From assembly GCF_964194155.1 (NCBI RefSeq), contig NC_135885.1, positions 39,928,001 through 39,992,000 on the forward strand: a stretch of DNA of 64,000 nucleotides, given 5' to 3'. This DNA is from Cetorhinus maximus (taxonomy: Eukaryota). The position numbers were made by a program, and so were the translations under genes. Each line of letters begins with the position of its first letter. The first letter of the stretch is position 1. Positions 63,658-64,000 of this stretch are shown here, in pieces. Below the pieces are notes generated by a model. The model ran no database searches and was not told the DNA's origin. It saw nothing but the letters and a program-made list of their open reading frames with translations.

Positions 63658-64000
63658 TTTCAGCAGCATCGCCTGATAGGAATCAGGAACAAAAATCCTG
63701 ACTGATTTTCCCCTCCCTAATCCAAGGATGCTAAAGGCAACTGTACCATCCTTATTGCCTTTCTAGTTGAAATTAGTAAATTTAATGGAGACAAGGGACC
63801 AAACTTGGGGGTTCTTCCTAACCTGTATGGCTAAATTACTCACTAACTAGAGCTCATTTGTTATGTTACAGTTTTGGCACAACATCTGATAAGCAAACTG
63901 CTTTTCACTAGCTCCAGCAAAATTGTAGTAATGAGATCATACTGGGAAAATAACATTAAAAGAAAAGGCTTCTGTTAGCCAAGAACTGTTTGAACACCCC

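Overview
Eukaryotic vertebrate genomic DNA, most likely from a cartilaginous fish (shark). This is inferred from the repeat content: abundant CR1 LINEs, Deu-domain tRNA SINEs, Penelope-like elements (PLEs), Harbinger remnants and short solo LTRs. One host gene is present on the + strand: UBL3 (membrane-anchored ubiquitin-fold protein). Coding exons 2-5 lie at 3213-3321, 14192-14278, 25552-25629 and 26403-26455, with canonical AG/GT sites, a C-terminal CAAX box (CCVIL*) and a probable 3' UTR of about 1.75 kb; exon 1 lies upstream of the window. Most of the rest is decayed, often nested transposable elements, and most track ORFs are TE fragments or noise. The most notable signal is that two unrelated short repeat families each carry a minimal type-I hammerhead ribozyme (HHR) motif. 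Both recur as tiny 140-250 bp insertions, several with 14-15 bp target-site duplications (TSDs), and several as fold-back palindromes with a ribozyme motif on each strand. Family A matches the 3' end of a long PLE (RT + GIY-YIG) at 43247-45364. Family B has no coding partner in the window. Repeat boundaries were set by eye and are approximate unless a TSD is given.
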